Shown here piece after piece: positions 45,096 through 54,775 of a DNA stretch of 64,000 nt. The stretch spans positions 4,814 to 68,813 of the forward strand of contig CAZBPC010000002.1 of the NCBI GenBank assembly GCA_964493715.1. The letters are read 5' to 3'. Source of the DNA: an uncultured archaeon (GTDB taxonomy: Archaea; Asgardarchaeota; Lokiarchaeia; Sigyniarchaeales; SOKP01). The position numbers and the translations under genes were made by a program. Under the pieces are notes generated by a model. It was not told where the DNA came from. It was given only the letters and a program-made list of their open reading frames with translations, and did not search any database. Each line of letters starts with the position of its first letter. Position 1 is the first letter of the stretch.

Positions 45096-46721
45096 ATGGC
45101 TGAAGATCTTGATGATTCTGAAAAGTTGGAAAAGATATCTCGAGAAATAATAAATTATTTAATTAAAAATCCTAACATAGCACGTCATAGAATTACAAAT
45201 TTAAAGGGAAAAATTGGAAAAAAATATCATCTTGATAACGTCATAAAGAATGCAACTATTTTACAATTTGCCACAATTGAAGAAAGAAGAATCATTGTAC
45301 CACTACTTAAAAGAAGAAAGACACGAACAATCTCAGGAGTATCAGTAATTGCAATTATGACCAAACCACTTCCGTGTCCCGGCACGTGCATTTTTTGTCC
45401 TGGTACAAGCTCTCAACCAGGTCAAAAAGTTGCTCAATCTTATACAGGACAAGAACCCGCTGCACTCCGTTCTATCCATAATCAATATGATTCCTTTAAA
45501 CAAGTCCAAAGCAGAATATCTGATCTAGAAGCAATTGGTCACGTTATAGACAAGATTGAACTTATTTGTATGGGTGGTACCTTTTTGTCAGCACCTTTAG
45601 ATTATCAACAACAGTTCATTCAAGGAGCCTACGAGGGTATTCTAAATAAAAAAGTATCTGATTTAAATGAAGCGAAACTATTAGCCGAAAATTCAAAACG
45701 TCGGTTAATTGGATTAACTATCGAAACAAGACCCGATTATTGCAAAGAAGAACATGTTGATAGAATGTTATCGTATGGTGTAACAAGAGTAGAACTTGGT
45801 ATTCAAACTGTATTTGATGATGTTTTTGAGTTGGTAAAACGAGGTCATACTACAAGGGACAATATAGAAGCAATCAGGATTGCTCGTGATGCTGGTCTCA
45901 AAATTAATGCCCATATCATGCCGAATTTGCCGGGTTCAGATTATAATCGAGATCTAAATCTATTTCGGACATTATTTTCTAATGCGGACTATAGACCAGA
46001 TATGCTAAAAATCTATCCATGTTTGGTAATAAAAGGTACGGAACTATATAAATGGTGGAAAAACGATTTATATCATCCATACTCAACTGATCAATTAATT
46101 GATTTGATCGCTCAAATTAAAAAAGAGATCCCACCTTATGTTAGAATTCAGAGGATTATGCGAGATATACCAGCGCCATTAATCGAAGCAGGATGTAATA
46201 AAAGTAACCTAAGACAATTGGTAAAGGCGAGATTAGATGAAAATAAATCAAAATGCAATTGTATAAGATGTCGAGAGTATGGCATAGCTCTAAATAAAGA
46301 ACAATACGCTGATAATAAATTTGAAGATTTTAAGCTAGAAAGACTAGATTATAAAGCATCCCAAGGAGAAGAAATTTTTCTTTCGTTTGAAAATGAAGAT
46401 TTACTAATAGGTTATTTGAGGTTAAGAAAACCTTCTGAATTTTCTCATAGATCTGAGTTAAATGATGGAAATACCTTAATTGTTAGAGAAATTAGAATTG
46501 TTGGTGAGATTGTTCCAATAGAAACTGTTCCAAGTTATTTTAACCAAATTCAACATCGTGGCTTTGGAAAGATGCTTATGGAAGAAGCAGAAAAAATATC
46601 AAGAGAAGAGCATGATGCAAAAAAATTAGCAGTCATTAGTGGAGTTGGGGCGAGAAACTGGTTCTATAAATTAGGTTATGAATCAGATGGACCATACGTT
46701 TCAAAAAATTTAGTTTTTTAA
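45096..46721 (+). CDS. elp3: Elp3 homolog (radical SAM plus GNAT tRNA wobble-uridine modification enzyme)
   Basis: 541 aa. KPLPCPGTCIFCPG cluster. Radical SAM core followed by a C-terminal acetyltransferase-like domain (QHRGFGKMLMEEAE). Confidence 0.85.
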   Translation: MAEDLDDSEKLEKISREIINYLIKNPNIARHRITNLKGKIGKKYHLDNVIKNATILQFATIEERRIIVPLLKRRKTRTISGVSVIAIMTKPLPCPGTCIFCPGTSSQPGQKVAQSYTGQEPAALRSIHNQYDSFKQVQSRISDLEAIGHVIDKIELICMGGTFLSAPLDYQQQFIQGAYEGILNKKVSDLNEAKLLAENSKRRLIGLTIETRPDYCKEEHVDRMLSYGVTRVELGIQTVFDDVFELVKRGHTTRDNIEAIRIARDAGLKINAHIMPNLPGSDYNRDLNLFRTLFSNADYRPDMLKIYPCLVIKGTELYKWWKNDLYHPYSTDQLIDLIAQIKKEIPPYVRIQRIMRDIPAPLIEAGCNKSNLRQLVKARLDENKSKCNCIRCREYGIALNKEQYADNKFEDFKLERLDYKASQGEEIFLSFENEDLLIGYLRLRKPSEFSHRSELNDGNTLIVREIRIVGEIVPIETVPSYFNQIQHRGFGKMLMEEAEKISREEHDAKKLAVISGVGARNWFYKLGYESDGPYVSKNLVF

Positions 46722-46792
46722 TAATAAATTTAAATTTTCCTACTTGATTAGTTATTGCATTATTATATTTAACATTAAAATGATGATTTTTA

Positions 46793-48712
46793 ATGAAACA
46801 ATTTAATTATAAAGATTTAGGGCTTAAATGTGGTCTTGAAATACATCAACAACTTGATACTGAAACTAAGCTGTTTTGCAGATGTCCAACTAATCTCCAA
46901 GGAACAAGAGAACCTGATTTCACTCTCAAAAGACTAATGCGACCCGTGTTAGGAGAAATGGGCACGTTTGATAAAGCAATGCTAACTGAATATGAAAAAG
47001 GTATGGAGGTTGTTTATGAGGGTTATAATGACGTGATCTGTACTTATGAAATGGATGATACCCCTCCGTTTTCATGCAATGAAGAAGCGAGAAAAATTGC
47101 TTTGGAATTGGCAATGCTATTAAACGCTAATATAATTGAAGAAATGCATGTTTGCAGGAAAAACTATTTAGATGGGAGCGTACCTTGCGGATTTCAAAGA
47201 ACGATGATCTTAGGAACAGATGGATACGTGGAACTTAAAAATGGCAAAAAAATTGGAATTGACATTTTAAGCTTAGAGGAGGAAGCTGCTAGACGAATTA
47301 AAACTGAAAACAGAACAAATTATTTTAGGTTAGATAGATTAGGAATTCCCTTAGTTGAAATAACTACTAATCCTGATATAAATCATCCCGATGAATGTAG
47401 AGAATGTGCTGAACGATTGGGATTGCTTTTATGGTCAACAAAAGTAAAAAAAGTTCTCGGTTCAATACGTCAAGATATTAATGTTAGTATTAAGTTAGGA
47501 ACTCGAATCGAGATAAAAGGAGTACAAAAATTAGGATGGATACCCGTTCTAATTAATCATGAAATCTCCCGGCAACTTGGATTGGTACATATTAAAGAAG
47601 AGTTAAAAAAAAGAAATCTTAAACCAATTGATATTCCTTCTAATGGTCAAGATTTAACAAAGTTAATTAAAGCAAATACCAGTTTCATAGGGGCGGGAAT
47701 AAAAAAAGGTAAAACACTTTATGGTCTTAATTTGAAAGGTTTTAAGGGTATATTCGGTACCGAGCTGATGGAAGATTATAGATTTGGTACAGAAGTCAGT
47801 AGTAAAGTAAAAACTCTAGTAGGATTGAAAGGGTTGATTCATTCAGATGAAATTCTTAACAAGTATAAATTTTCAAATGAGGATCTTAAGAAAATTAGAA
47901 AATATTTACACTCTGACTCTCAGAATGATTGTTTCCTGTTGATTTTAGGTTCATTGAAAGATGTCGAAAAAGCCATTGATATCATTATTCAACGGGTAAA
48001 ATTATCATTCAAGGGGGTCCCTCCCGAAACTCGAAAAGCATTAGAAAATGGTAATACTGAATTTTTGAGAGAATTACATGGCGGAGCACGATTATATCCT
48101 GATACCGATTCTAAAGCTATCTTTAATCCGCCTAAAGAAGCAGAACTTATAAGAAAAAATCTTCCAGAATATCCTTGGATAACGATAAAAGAATATTCAA
48201 AGAAATACTCTTTAGAAGAGAAACTGATTAAGAAATTGATCTTCAATGATAAACTTGAATTATTTGAAAAATTAATCAAGATATTTTCTGAAAATCCTGG
48301 TCTTATAATAAATGCAATATTAGAAATAACTACTGCCTTACGAAGAGATGGTAAAAATATGGAGAATATATCCGATTCAGATTTTGAAGATATATTTATG
48401 GAAATAAAAAGAAGAGAAATAAGTAAGGAAGCAATTGAGGAAATTTTGATAATGAAAGCAGATAACCCCGCTCTATCTATTGATGATATTAAAAAAAAAT
48501 TAAAACTTGAGAAAATGACTGTAGATCAACTAAAAAAAATAATAGAAATGGTGGTTATCAACAACTTGGAAATTATAAAAAGTAAAGAAATGCGAGCAAT
48601 AGGACCTTTAATGGGAGAAATTATGAAGGAAGTGCGAGGTAAAATTGATGGAGCAATTGTTTCTGAGGAATTAAAAACAGCAATTCAAAATAAATTGGAG
48701 GAATTAAAATAA
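46793..48712 (+). CDS. gatE: Glu-tRNA(Gln) amidotransferase subunit E
   Basis: 639 aa. N-terminal GLKCGLEIHQQL. Immediately followed by gatD. Confidence 0.85.
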   Translation: MKQFNYKDLGLKCGLEIHQQLDTETKLFCRCPTNLQGTREPDFTLKRLMRPVLGEMGTFDKAMLTEYEKGMEVVYEGYNDVICTYEMDDTPPFSCNEEARKIALELAMLLNANIIEEMHVCRKNYLDGSVPCGFQRTMILGTDGYVELKNGKKIGIDILSLEEEAARRIKTENRTNYFRLDRLGIPLVEITTNPDINHPDECRECAERLGLLLWSTKVKKVLGSIRQDINVSIKLGTRIEIKGVQKLGWIPVLINHEISRQLGLVHIKEELKKRNLKPIDIPSNGQDLTKLIKANTSFIGAGIKKGKTLYGLNLKGFKGIFGTELMEDYRFGTEVSSKVKTLVGLKGLIHSDEILNKYKFSNEDLKKIRKYLHSDSQNDCFLLILGSLKDVEKAIDIIIQRVKLSFKGVPPETRKALENGNTEFLRELHGGARLYPDTDSKAIFNPPKEAELIRKNLPEYPWITIKEYSKKYSLEEKLIKKLIFNDKLELFEKLIKIFSENPGLIINAILEITTALRRDGKNMENISDSDFEDIFMEIKRREISKEAIEEILIMKADNPALSIDDIKKKLKLEKMTVDQLKKIIEMVVINNLEIIKSKEMRAIGPLMGEIMKEVRGKIDGAIVSEELKTAIQNKLEELK

Positions 48713-50074
48713 ATGTTCGATAAATTGCAAGGTTATAAGGGAAAAGTTAAAAAGTATTTGGAAGAAAACAAAATAGAAATCTGGGATATAGTTGAAATTG
48801 AAACCATCAAAACAACATTAAAAGGTATTCTTCTTCCTCGAAATGAATACGCAGATCCTAATTTTATTGAAATTAAACTTAAAAATAATTACAATTTGGG
48901 AGTAAATCTCAACGAAGTTAATAAGATTACTAAAACTGGGAAAAAAGAGGCTATATACAAGATCCCTGAAAGAAAGTTCCCCATTAATAAGGAACTCCTA
49001 AATGTTAGGCTCCTTGGAACAGGTGGGACGGTTGCTTCAAGGTTAGACTACACAACGGGAGCAGTAATTCCCTCATTTACTCCTGAGGAGTTATTTAGTT
49101 CTGTTCCAGAATTAGCTGAAATATGTAATCTTGATTGTGAAATTGTATTTGAAATATTATCCGAAAATATGAAACCCGAATTATGGCAACAGTTAGCTAT
49201 TAAAATTAAAAAAGCAGCGGATGAGGGAATAGATGGGATTATCATTGGGCACGGAACAGATACGATGAGTTTTACTAGCGCAGCATTATCTTTTATGTTA
49301 GAAAATTTATCAATTCCCATTGTATTGACCGGCAGTCAAAGAAGTTCAGATAGACCTTCCTCTGATGCTGCACTGAATCTTATCAACTCGGCAACAGTTG
49401 CAACATCAGATATAGCAGAAGTCGTAGTAGTAATGCTTGGATCAACTTCTCATGATTATGGATTAATTCATAGGGGAACACTAGTCAGAAAAATGCATTC
49501 TTCTGTAAGAGATACGTTTCGCACAATCGATGATATTCCAATTGGAATGATCAAAAGGAATAGAAAAATAAAACTGTTTAAAGATGATGTCCAGAAGCGA
49601 AATAATCGAGAAATAATTCTCAAAACAAATTTCGAAAACAAGATAGCTCTTATCTATTCATATCCTGGTATGGAAAATGAATTGATTGAATTTTATATAG
49701 ATAATGGATATAAAGGGATAGTTTTTGCTGGCACGGGATTAGGTCACCTCAGTACCGATATATACAAGGCAATCAAAAGAGCGATAGAAGAAAACATCAC
49801 AATTTTTATGACTACTCAAACTCTCCATGGTTTCGTGGGTATGGATGTCTATTCAACAGGAAGAGAACTCCAAAATCTTGGGGTAATACCTGGAAAAAAT
49901 ATTTTACCCGAAGTTGCTTATGTTAAACTTGGATGGGTTCTTGGACAAACCAAAGATCCTAAGAAGATTAAAGACTTATTATTAGCAAATATCGCAAGGG
50001 AATTTATTGAGCGAGAATTGCCCATTGCATTTAATTATAATATTGATGAATTGCTCAAAAATAATAAGCTCTAA
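48713..50074 (+). CDS. gatD: Glu-tRNA(Gln) amidotransferase subunit D (asparaginase-like)
   Basis: 453 aa. LGTGGTVAS and HGTDTM asparaginase motifs. Its start abuts the gatE stop. Confidence 0.85.
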   Translation: MFDKLQGYKGKVKKYLEENKIEIWDIVEIETIKTTLKGILLPRNEYADPNFIEIKLKNNYNLGVNLNEVNKITKTGKKEAIYKIPERKFPINKELLNVRLLGTGGTVASRLDYTTGAVIPSFTPEELFSSVPELAEICNLDCEIVFEILSENMKPELWQQLAIKIKKAADEGIDGIIIGHGTDTMSFTSAALSFMLENLSIPIVLTGSQRSSDRPSSDAALNLINSATVATSDIAEVVVVMLGSTSHDYGLIHRGTLVRKMHSSVRDTFRTIDDIPIGMIKRNRKIKLFKDDVQKRNNREIILKTNFENKIALIYSYPGMENELIEFYIDNGYKGIVFAGTGLGHLSTDIYKAIKRAIEENITIFMTTQTLHGFVGMDVYSTGRELQNLGVIPGKNILPEVAYVKLGWVLGQTKDPKKIKDLLLANIAREFIERELPIAFNYNIDELLKNNKL

Positions 50075-50181
50075 GAATTTTTGCTTTATTTATTTGAAAT
50101 TTTATGAGATAACTCAAAATAATAAAAAATTTATACTTTATTTAATTAATAAAGATAATTCTACTTTGTCTAGTGATATAT

Positions 50182-50910
50182 ATGGGAAAACGAATACTTG
50201 TTCAGAGAAAAGGATACGGGCACTTGTGGGCACAATCTCCAAGTCATCGACATATGGGAGAAGTTAAATACCGATCGTTTGAGAAAGGGGAGAAAAAAAT
50301 CACATTTAGTGTAACAGAATTAGTTCATTCCCCGGGAAGAGGAGCTCCATTAGCACGAATAAAATATGAAGACGGCAAGAAGGGATTGTGGTTACCCCCT
50401 GAAGGAATTTATGAAGGTCAAGAATTTATTCAATCTAAAAAAGGTTATGGCGTTCCTGTCGAAGTAGGAAATATTATCCCTCTTAAAAAAGCGCCTCTTG
50501 GAGCATTAGTGTTCAACATTGAAGGTACACCTGAAGATGGTGGAAAATTTGCTCGAGCTTCTGGAGTTTCTGCTATTGTTAGGGATAAATTAGACAATAA
50601 GGTACAATTATTATTTAGATCGAAAAAAATGCGTTGGTTTAATGATAGTTGTCTATGTACCATTGGAGTGGTAGCAGGAGGAGGAAGGACAGATAAACCA
50701 TTTTTAAAAGCTGGAACCAAATTCTATGCCTATCGATCAAAGGCAAAAAAGTGGCCTATTGTGAGAGGAGTTACTATGAATGCATGTAGTCATCCTTACG
50801 GTGGAGGCGCAAAGCAATCTCCTCATAAACCAACAACAACTTCTCGTAATGCTCCTCCCGGTAGAAAGATTGGGCAGATAGCAGCAAGAAGAACAGGTCA
50901 TCAAAACTAA
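50182..50910 (+). CDS. rpl2: Ribosomal protein uL2
   Basis: MGKRILVQRKG... and C-terminal HPYGGG...KPTTTSRNAPPGRKIG motifs. The gene stands alone, without the usual uL3-uL4-uL23 / uS19 neighbours. Confidence 0.9.
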   Translation: MGKRILVQRKGYGHLWAQSPSHRHMGEVKYRSFEKGEKKITFSVTELVHSPGRGAPLARIKYEDGKKGLWLPPEGIYEGQEFIQSKKGYGVPVEVGNIIPLKKAPLGALVFNIEGTPEDGGKFARASGVSAIVRDKLDNKVQLLFRSKKMRWFNDSCLCTIGVVAGGGRTDKPFLKAGTKFYAYRSKAKKWPIVRGVTMNACSHPYGGGAKQSPHKPTTTSRNAPPGRKIGQIAARRTGHQN

Positions 50911-51039
50911 AAATTTAATTTTCTGATTTTCTCGATGTCTTTGAATCATAATAATAAATCAATTCTGGCAAAGTCTAAAGCTATCATTAAAAAATCTAAA
51001 ATTCCTGAATTTAGACCGTAAAAATATCAAAAAAATCCC

Positions 51040-51060
51040 CTAAGATTTTTTTAATCTTAG
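51040..51060. terminator. Hairpin with T-run between convergent rpl2 and tfb
   Basis: CTAAGATT-TTTTT-AATCTTAG perfect 8-bp inverted repeat. Confidence 0.3.
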
Positions 51061-51129
51061 AAAATATAAATTTAAAAATATAGCTTTAATAAAATTTAAA
51101 ATTAAATAAGAAAAATTAAAAGAGAGAGT

Positions 51130-52011
51130 TTAAAAAGAAAATTCGACTGAAGTCAAAAGCTCCTTATATCTTGATCTTAGGGTAACTTCTGTCACTCCAA
51201 TTATTCGTGAAATGTCTTTCTGACTAACTTTCACATTTCTTAGCTTGGAAATTAAATATATCGAACCAGCACATAGACCTTTTGGATCCTTGCCCGAAAT
51301 CGATGTTTTTCTAATAAAGTTCTGAAGCACTCGCATGGCTTCTTTCTCAACCTCAATTCCAAGACTTAAATCCGCACAATAACGAGGAATTAGTGAAACG
51401 GGGTTAATATGTGATATTTTTAAATTAAGTTCTCTTACTAAGATTTTATAACATTTTTTAACAATATTATCATTTATCGATGCTTCTTCTAATATTTCTT
51501 GAAGCGTAATAGGAACTTTCTCATCTTTACAAGCATAATAAGCGCAAGCAGCAATCATCCCATTAATTGAACGACCACGGAGTAATTGGCGTTTAAATAC
51601 TTCTTTGTATAAACGTACTGCAGATTTCTTGACACGATCAGGAAAATTGAGATTTCCTCCAATTCTTTTTAGCTCAGTTATTGCCATCAACATATTTCGT
51701 TTTTCCCATGATAAGTGAGTATTCCATTTTGCAGCTCGACGAAGATCAGGACTTTTAATTTTAGAACGATCAATTACAGTACTTAATCCAATATCAGGCA
51801 TTAAGATGGACATTGGAGAACCTGTACGTTCTTTTTTGTCTTTTTCTGATTTAGAATAAGCTCTGATCCCACTATGATTAATATCAAGACCCCTTTCAAA
51901 AATAACAAGCCCACATTGCATGCATACAGTCTCTCCTCGCTCTTCACTTGCAGTTGTGCTTCCACTACATTCTGGACATATGTTTGTTACGATATCAATC
52001 TCGACAACCAT
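51130..52011 (-). CDS. tfb: Transcription initiation factor TFB (TFIIB)
   Basis: 293 aa. N-terminal zinc ribbon CPECSG...CMQCG, two cyclin-like repeats and a C-terminal HTH (IGVTEVTLRSRYKEL). Confidence 0.9.
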   Translation of the reverse strand: MVVEIDIVTNICPECSGSTTASEERGETVCMQCGLVIFERGLDINHSGIRAYSKSEKDKKERTGSPMSILMPDIGLSTVIDRSKIKSPDLRRAAKWNTHLSWEKRNMLMAITELKRIGGNLNFPDRVKKSAVRLYKEVFKRQLLRGRSINGMIAACAYYACKDEKVPITLQEILEEASINDNIVKKCYKILVRELNLKISHINPVSLIPRYCADLSLGIEVEKEAMRVLQNFIRKTSISGKDPKGLCAGSIYLISKLRNVKVSQKDISRIIGVTEVTLRSRYKELLTSVEFSF

Positions 52012-52633
52012 TTTTTTTACCCTTTTATAATTCTTTTACAATAATATATTTAAAATTCTTGTTTGTCCCGTGTTAAATTGGGATAACAAAAATTAAATGT
52101 TTACACACAACAATTTTTTTGTTATGATACAAATATTATGCTTTTGTATTTAAATCTTGTGATTTGAATTTGAAAATTGTGGCGATCTATATCCCATTGA
52201 TAGGCAGTTATCTATATTTATTTACTTTTTTGATAATTTTTATTTTTATAACAAAATAAATATAATCACATATGTTTTTATAAAAAATATAATTTTTAGT
52301 GTGCCATCCATACTAAAAAAATGATATATTATGTTAGTGATAATTTTCATAGGACCATAGGGCCTTCTATTCCACACGAAAAAAAATTCTATTTTAATTG
52401 TGGGTTAAGAAGAAAAAAAGATACTAGAAAATAAAAAAACTTGACTTAAAAGAGACTAGTCGATTTGTATTAAAAAAAATAAATTATCATTATAGGGAAA
52501 CGAAAAATTAATTATTACAACTCTAACGTAGGAGAAGAGATAAAAATAAATTTAAATAATTTATCTCTTATCATCTTTTTGAACAAAAAAAAAAAATGTG
52601 GTAAAAAACCTTTGTTCGAATGACTCTCTTATC

Positions 52634-52639
52634 AGGTGA
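52634..52639 (+). promoter_or_regulatory. Shine-Dalgarno AGGTGA, 7 nt upstream of a putative ATT start
   Basis: AGGTGA-aatttaa-ATT. The same arrangement recurs at 53786-53801. Confidence 0.5.
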
Positions 52640-52646
52640 AATTTAA

Positions 52647-53684
52647 ATTATAAAAAAGGCTCCAAATTCCAAAGAAGAAGCAAATGAGCCCGAAAAAGGG
52701 GATGAAAAAGAGCAAAAGGTTTCTGATAAATCTTCAGAATCAAAAGATGAGGATTCAAATGATGACAATCGTCCTCATTTCACAGAAGAACAAATAGAAA
52801 ATCTTGACTTGGAAAGTGAAATGCTAAAATTTTATATGCGTATGTATGAAGATGAGACTGATAGATATGCAATTTGGAGAAATACGATAACGGAGGGTTT
52901 TAAAAGATGGCTAAAAGGAGAAAAGATCTACATGCGCGACAAAGAAAGAATCTCGCTATACGTGTCTGAAGAAACGAAATTAGAATGGCAAGATTTTCTC
53001 AATCAAAATAAAGATGATTATAGTTCATTTTCAAAACTCATTCGAGAAAGTGTTAAAACATTCATCGAAGATTCACTTAGAAATAGTGATGATATTTCAA
53101 GAATTGATACTAATACAATTGCAAACATATCTCATGCATTGAAAGAACCTTTAACATCAATAAAAGGATATTCTCAACTCCTTCTTGAAAGCAAGGAATA
53201 TGAAGATAAACTCACTGATATCGTGAAAGATACTATCAAGAATATTTTTGATCAAAGTAATATCCTCGAAAACAAAATTAAAGACTTTTTGGATAATATA
53301 AAAGTCCAAGCTAATCATATTGATGTTCTTTTAATTGAAGATGATCTACCAACAATTCGATTAATAACTAAAATCATTGAAAGTAGGGGTTATGTATGCA
53401 AGGGAGTTATTAGCGGTTCAAAAGGATTAGAAGAATTAGGAAGAACTTCTCCAAAGGTAATCTTATTAGACATTATTTTGCCTGATCTTAGTGGATATGA
53501 TATATGTAAAACAATCAAGTCTGATAACGAATGGAATCAAATTCCCGTATATTTCTTAACAGCTATTTCTGGATCTGAAGTCAGAAAACACCTGAATGAA
53601 ACAAAAGCAGATGGTTATGTTCTCAAACCTTTCAATTTTTCTGATTTTGAAGTCATTTTTGATATTTTAAATGGTGAAGCCTAA
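52647..53684 (+). CDS. RHH - HisKA(DHp) - receiver domain protein, paralog A (putative ATT start)
   Basis: RHH-like RISLYVSEE...SKLIRESVKTFI. H-box ISHALKEPLTSIKGYSQLL. REC motifs (LLIEDD, LLDIILPD, LTA, LKPF). No HATPase domain. The frame is open from 52647 with no ATG/GTG/TTG before 52809. Confidence 0.7.
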   Translation: MIKKAPNSKEEANEPEKGDEKEQKVSDKSSESKDEDSNDDNRPHFTEEQIENLDLESEMLKFYMRMYEDETDRYAIWRNTITEGFKRWLKGEKIYMRDKERISLYVSEETKLEWQDFLNQNKDDYSSFSKLIRESVKTFIEDSLRNSDDISRIDTNTIANISHALKEPLTSIKGYSQLLLESKEYEDKLTDIVKDTIKNIFDQSNILENKIKDFLDNIKVQANHIDVLLIEDDLPTIRLITKIIESRGYVCKGVISGSKGLEELGRTSPKVILLDIILPDLSGYDICKTIKSDNEWNQIPVYFLTAISGSEVRKHLNETKADGYVLKPFNFSDFEVIFDILNGEA

Positions 53685-53785
53685 CTTAAAATTTTTGTAA
53701 AAAATTTTATATAAAAAGCACAAATTTGTTGTTATAACAAGATCTAATTTTTTGCACAATAACACAATTACTTTTAAACATTATT

Positions 53786-53791
53786 AGGTGA
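53786..53791 (+). promoter_or_regulatory. Shine-Dalgarno AGGTGA, 7 nt upstream of a putative ATT start
   Basis: AGGTGA-ttaggct-ATT. Paralogous to 52634-52649. Confidence 0.5.
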
Positions 53792-53798
53792 TTAGGCT

Positions 53799-54743
53799 AT
53801 TAAAAAAGGAGAGAAAGATGCTAAAGAGGAATTTTACGATTCTCCTCATTTGAGCGATGATGAGATTGAAAAATTAGATTTGAATAGCGATAAAGCGAAA
53901 GATTTAATGAGAAAGTATCAAAAATCTTTTGATAAATATGCAATTTGGAGAGATTCAATAACTGAAGGCTTTAAGAAATGGCTTAAAGGAGAAAAAATAT
54001 ATGATCGAGATAAAGAGCGAATTTCTCTTTATGTATCAGAAGAGATGAAAAATGATTGGCAAGATTTTATAAAAGAAAACAACTACACTATCTCAAAATT
54101 AATAAGAGAGAGCGTAGATTTCTTTATAAATAAAAAATTAAGAAGATTCAATGGAGATGTTCTTAAAACGGAGAGTCAAGCAATTTCTAACATATCACAT
54201 GCACTCAAAGAACCGTTAACTTCTATTAAAGGCTTTTCACAATTATTGATTGAAAATTATAAGGATGATTTAAATGAAGATGTTTTTAACACCATTCAAA
54301 ACATATTTGAACAATCTCAACTCTTAGAGAATAAAATCGTAAATATCCTTGATAATATCAAAACCGAAAAAACTCAATATGATATTTTGTTGATTGAAGA
54401 TGATCAAGCAACTATTCGACTCCTCACGAGTTATTTCGAGAGCAAGGGATTTAATTGCCAAGGTGTTGTTAGCGGTACTAAAGGGTTGGAAGAATTGAAT
54501 AACAATATTCCCAAAGTTATCTTATTGGATATAATTCTTCCCGATTACAGTGGGTATGAAATTTGTAAGATAATAAAATCCAATAACAAGCTAAAAGATA
54601 TAAAGATTTTTTTATTGACCGCCATCCCTGGTTATGAAGTAAAAAAACACATGGAAGAAACTAAAGCTGATGGGTACATCCTAAAACCCTTTGATTTCTC
54701 TGACTTCGAGATTCTTTTCGATTACCTCAAAAAGGATGAATAA
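53799..54743 (+). CDS. RHH - HisKA(DHp) - receiver domain protein, paralog B (putative ATT start)
   Basis: Same architecture as paralog A. Homology to A (SPHLSDDEIEKLDL vs RPHFTEEQIENLDL) extends upstream of both listed TTG starts. Confidence 0.7.
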   Translation: MKKGEKDAKEEFYDSPHLSDDEIEKLDLNSDKAKDLMRKYQKSFDKYAIWRDSITEGFKKWLKGEKIYDRDKERISLYVSEEMKNDWQDFIKENNYTISKLIRESVDFFINKKLRRFNGDVLKTESQAISNISHALKEPLTSIKGFSQLLIENYKDDLNEDVFNTIQNIFEQSQLLENKIVNILDNIKTEKTQYDILLIEDDQATIRLLTSYFESKGFNCQGVVSGTKGLEELNNNIPKVILLDIILPDYSGYEICKIIKSNNKLKDIKIFLLTAIPGYEVKKHMEETKADGYILKPFDFSDFEILFDYLKKDE

Positions 54744-54775
54744 TTGAAAATATCACTGGGATTTATATAAGAGAA

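Noticed and set aside
52012-52633. Unusually long (about 620 bp) non-coding region upstream of tfb, inspected for a structured ncRNA or repeat array
   Set aside because: It holds only short AT-rich hairpins (for example AGAGATAAA...TTTATCTCT at about 52537-52570) and an A13 run. There is no GC-rich structured core, no tandem repeats and no recognisable RNA motif. It is probably promoter or leader DNA for tfb and the RHH-HisKA-REC gene.
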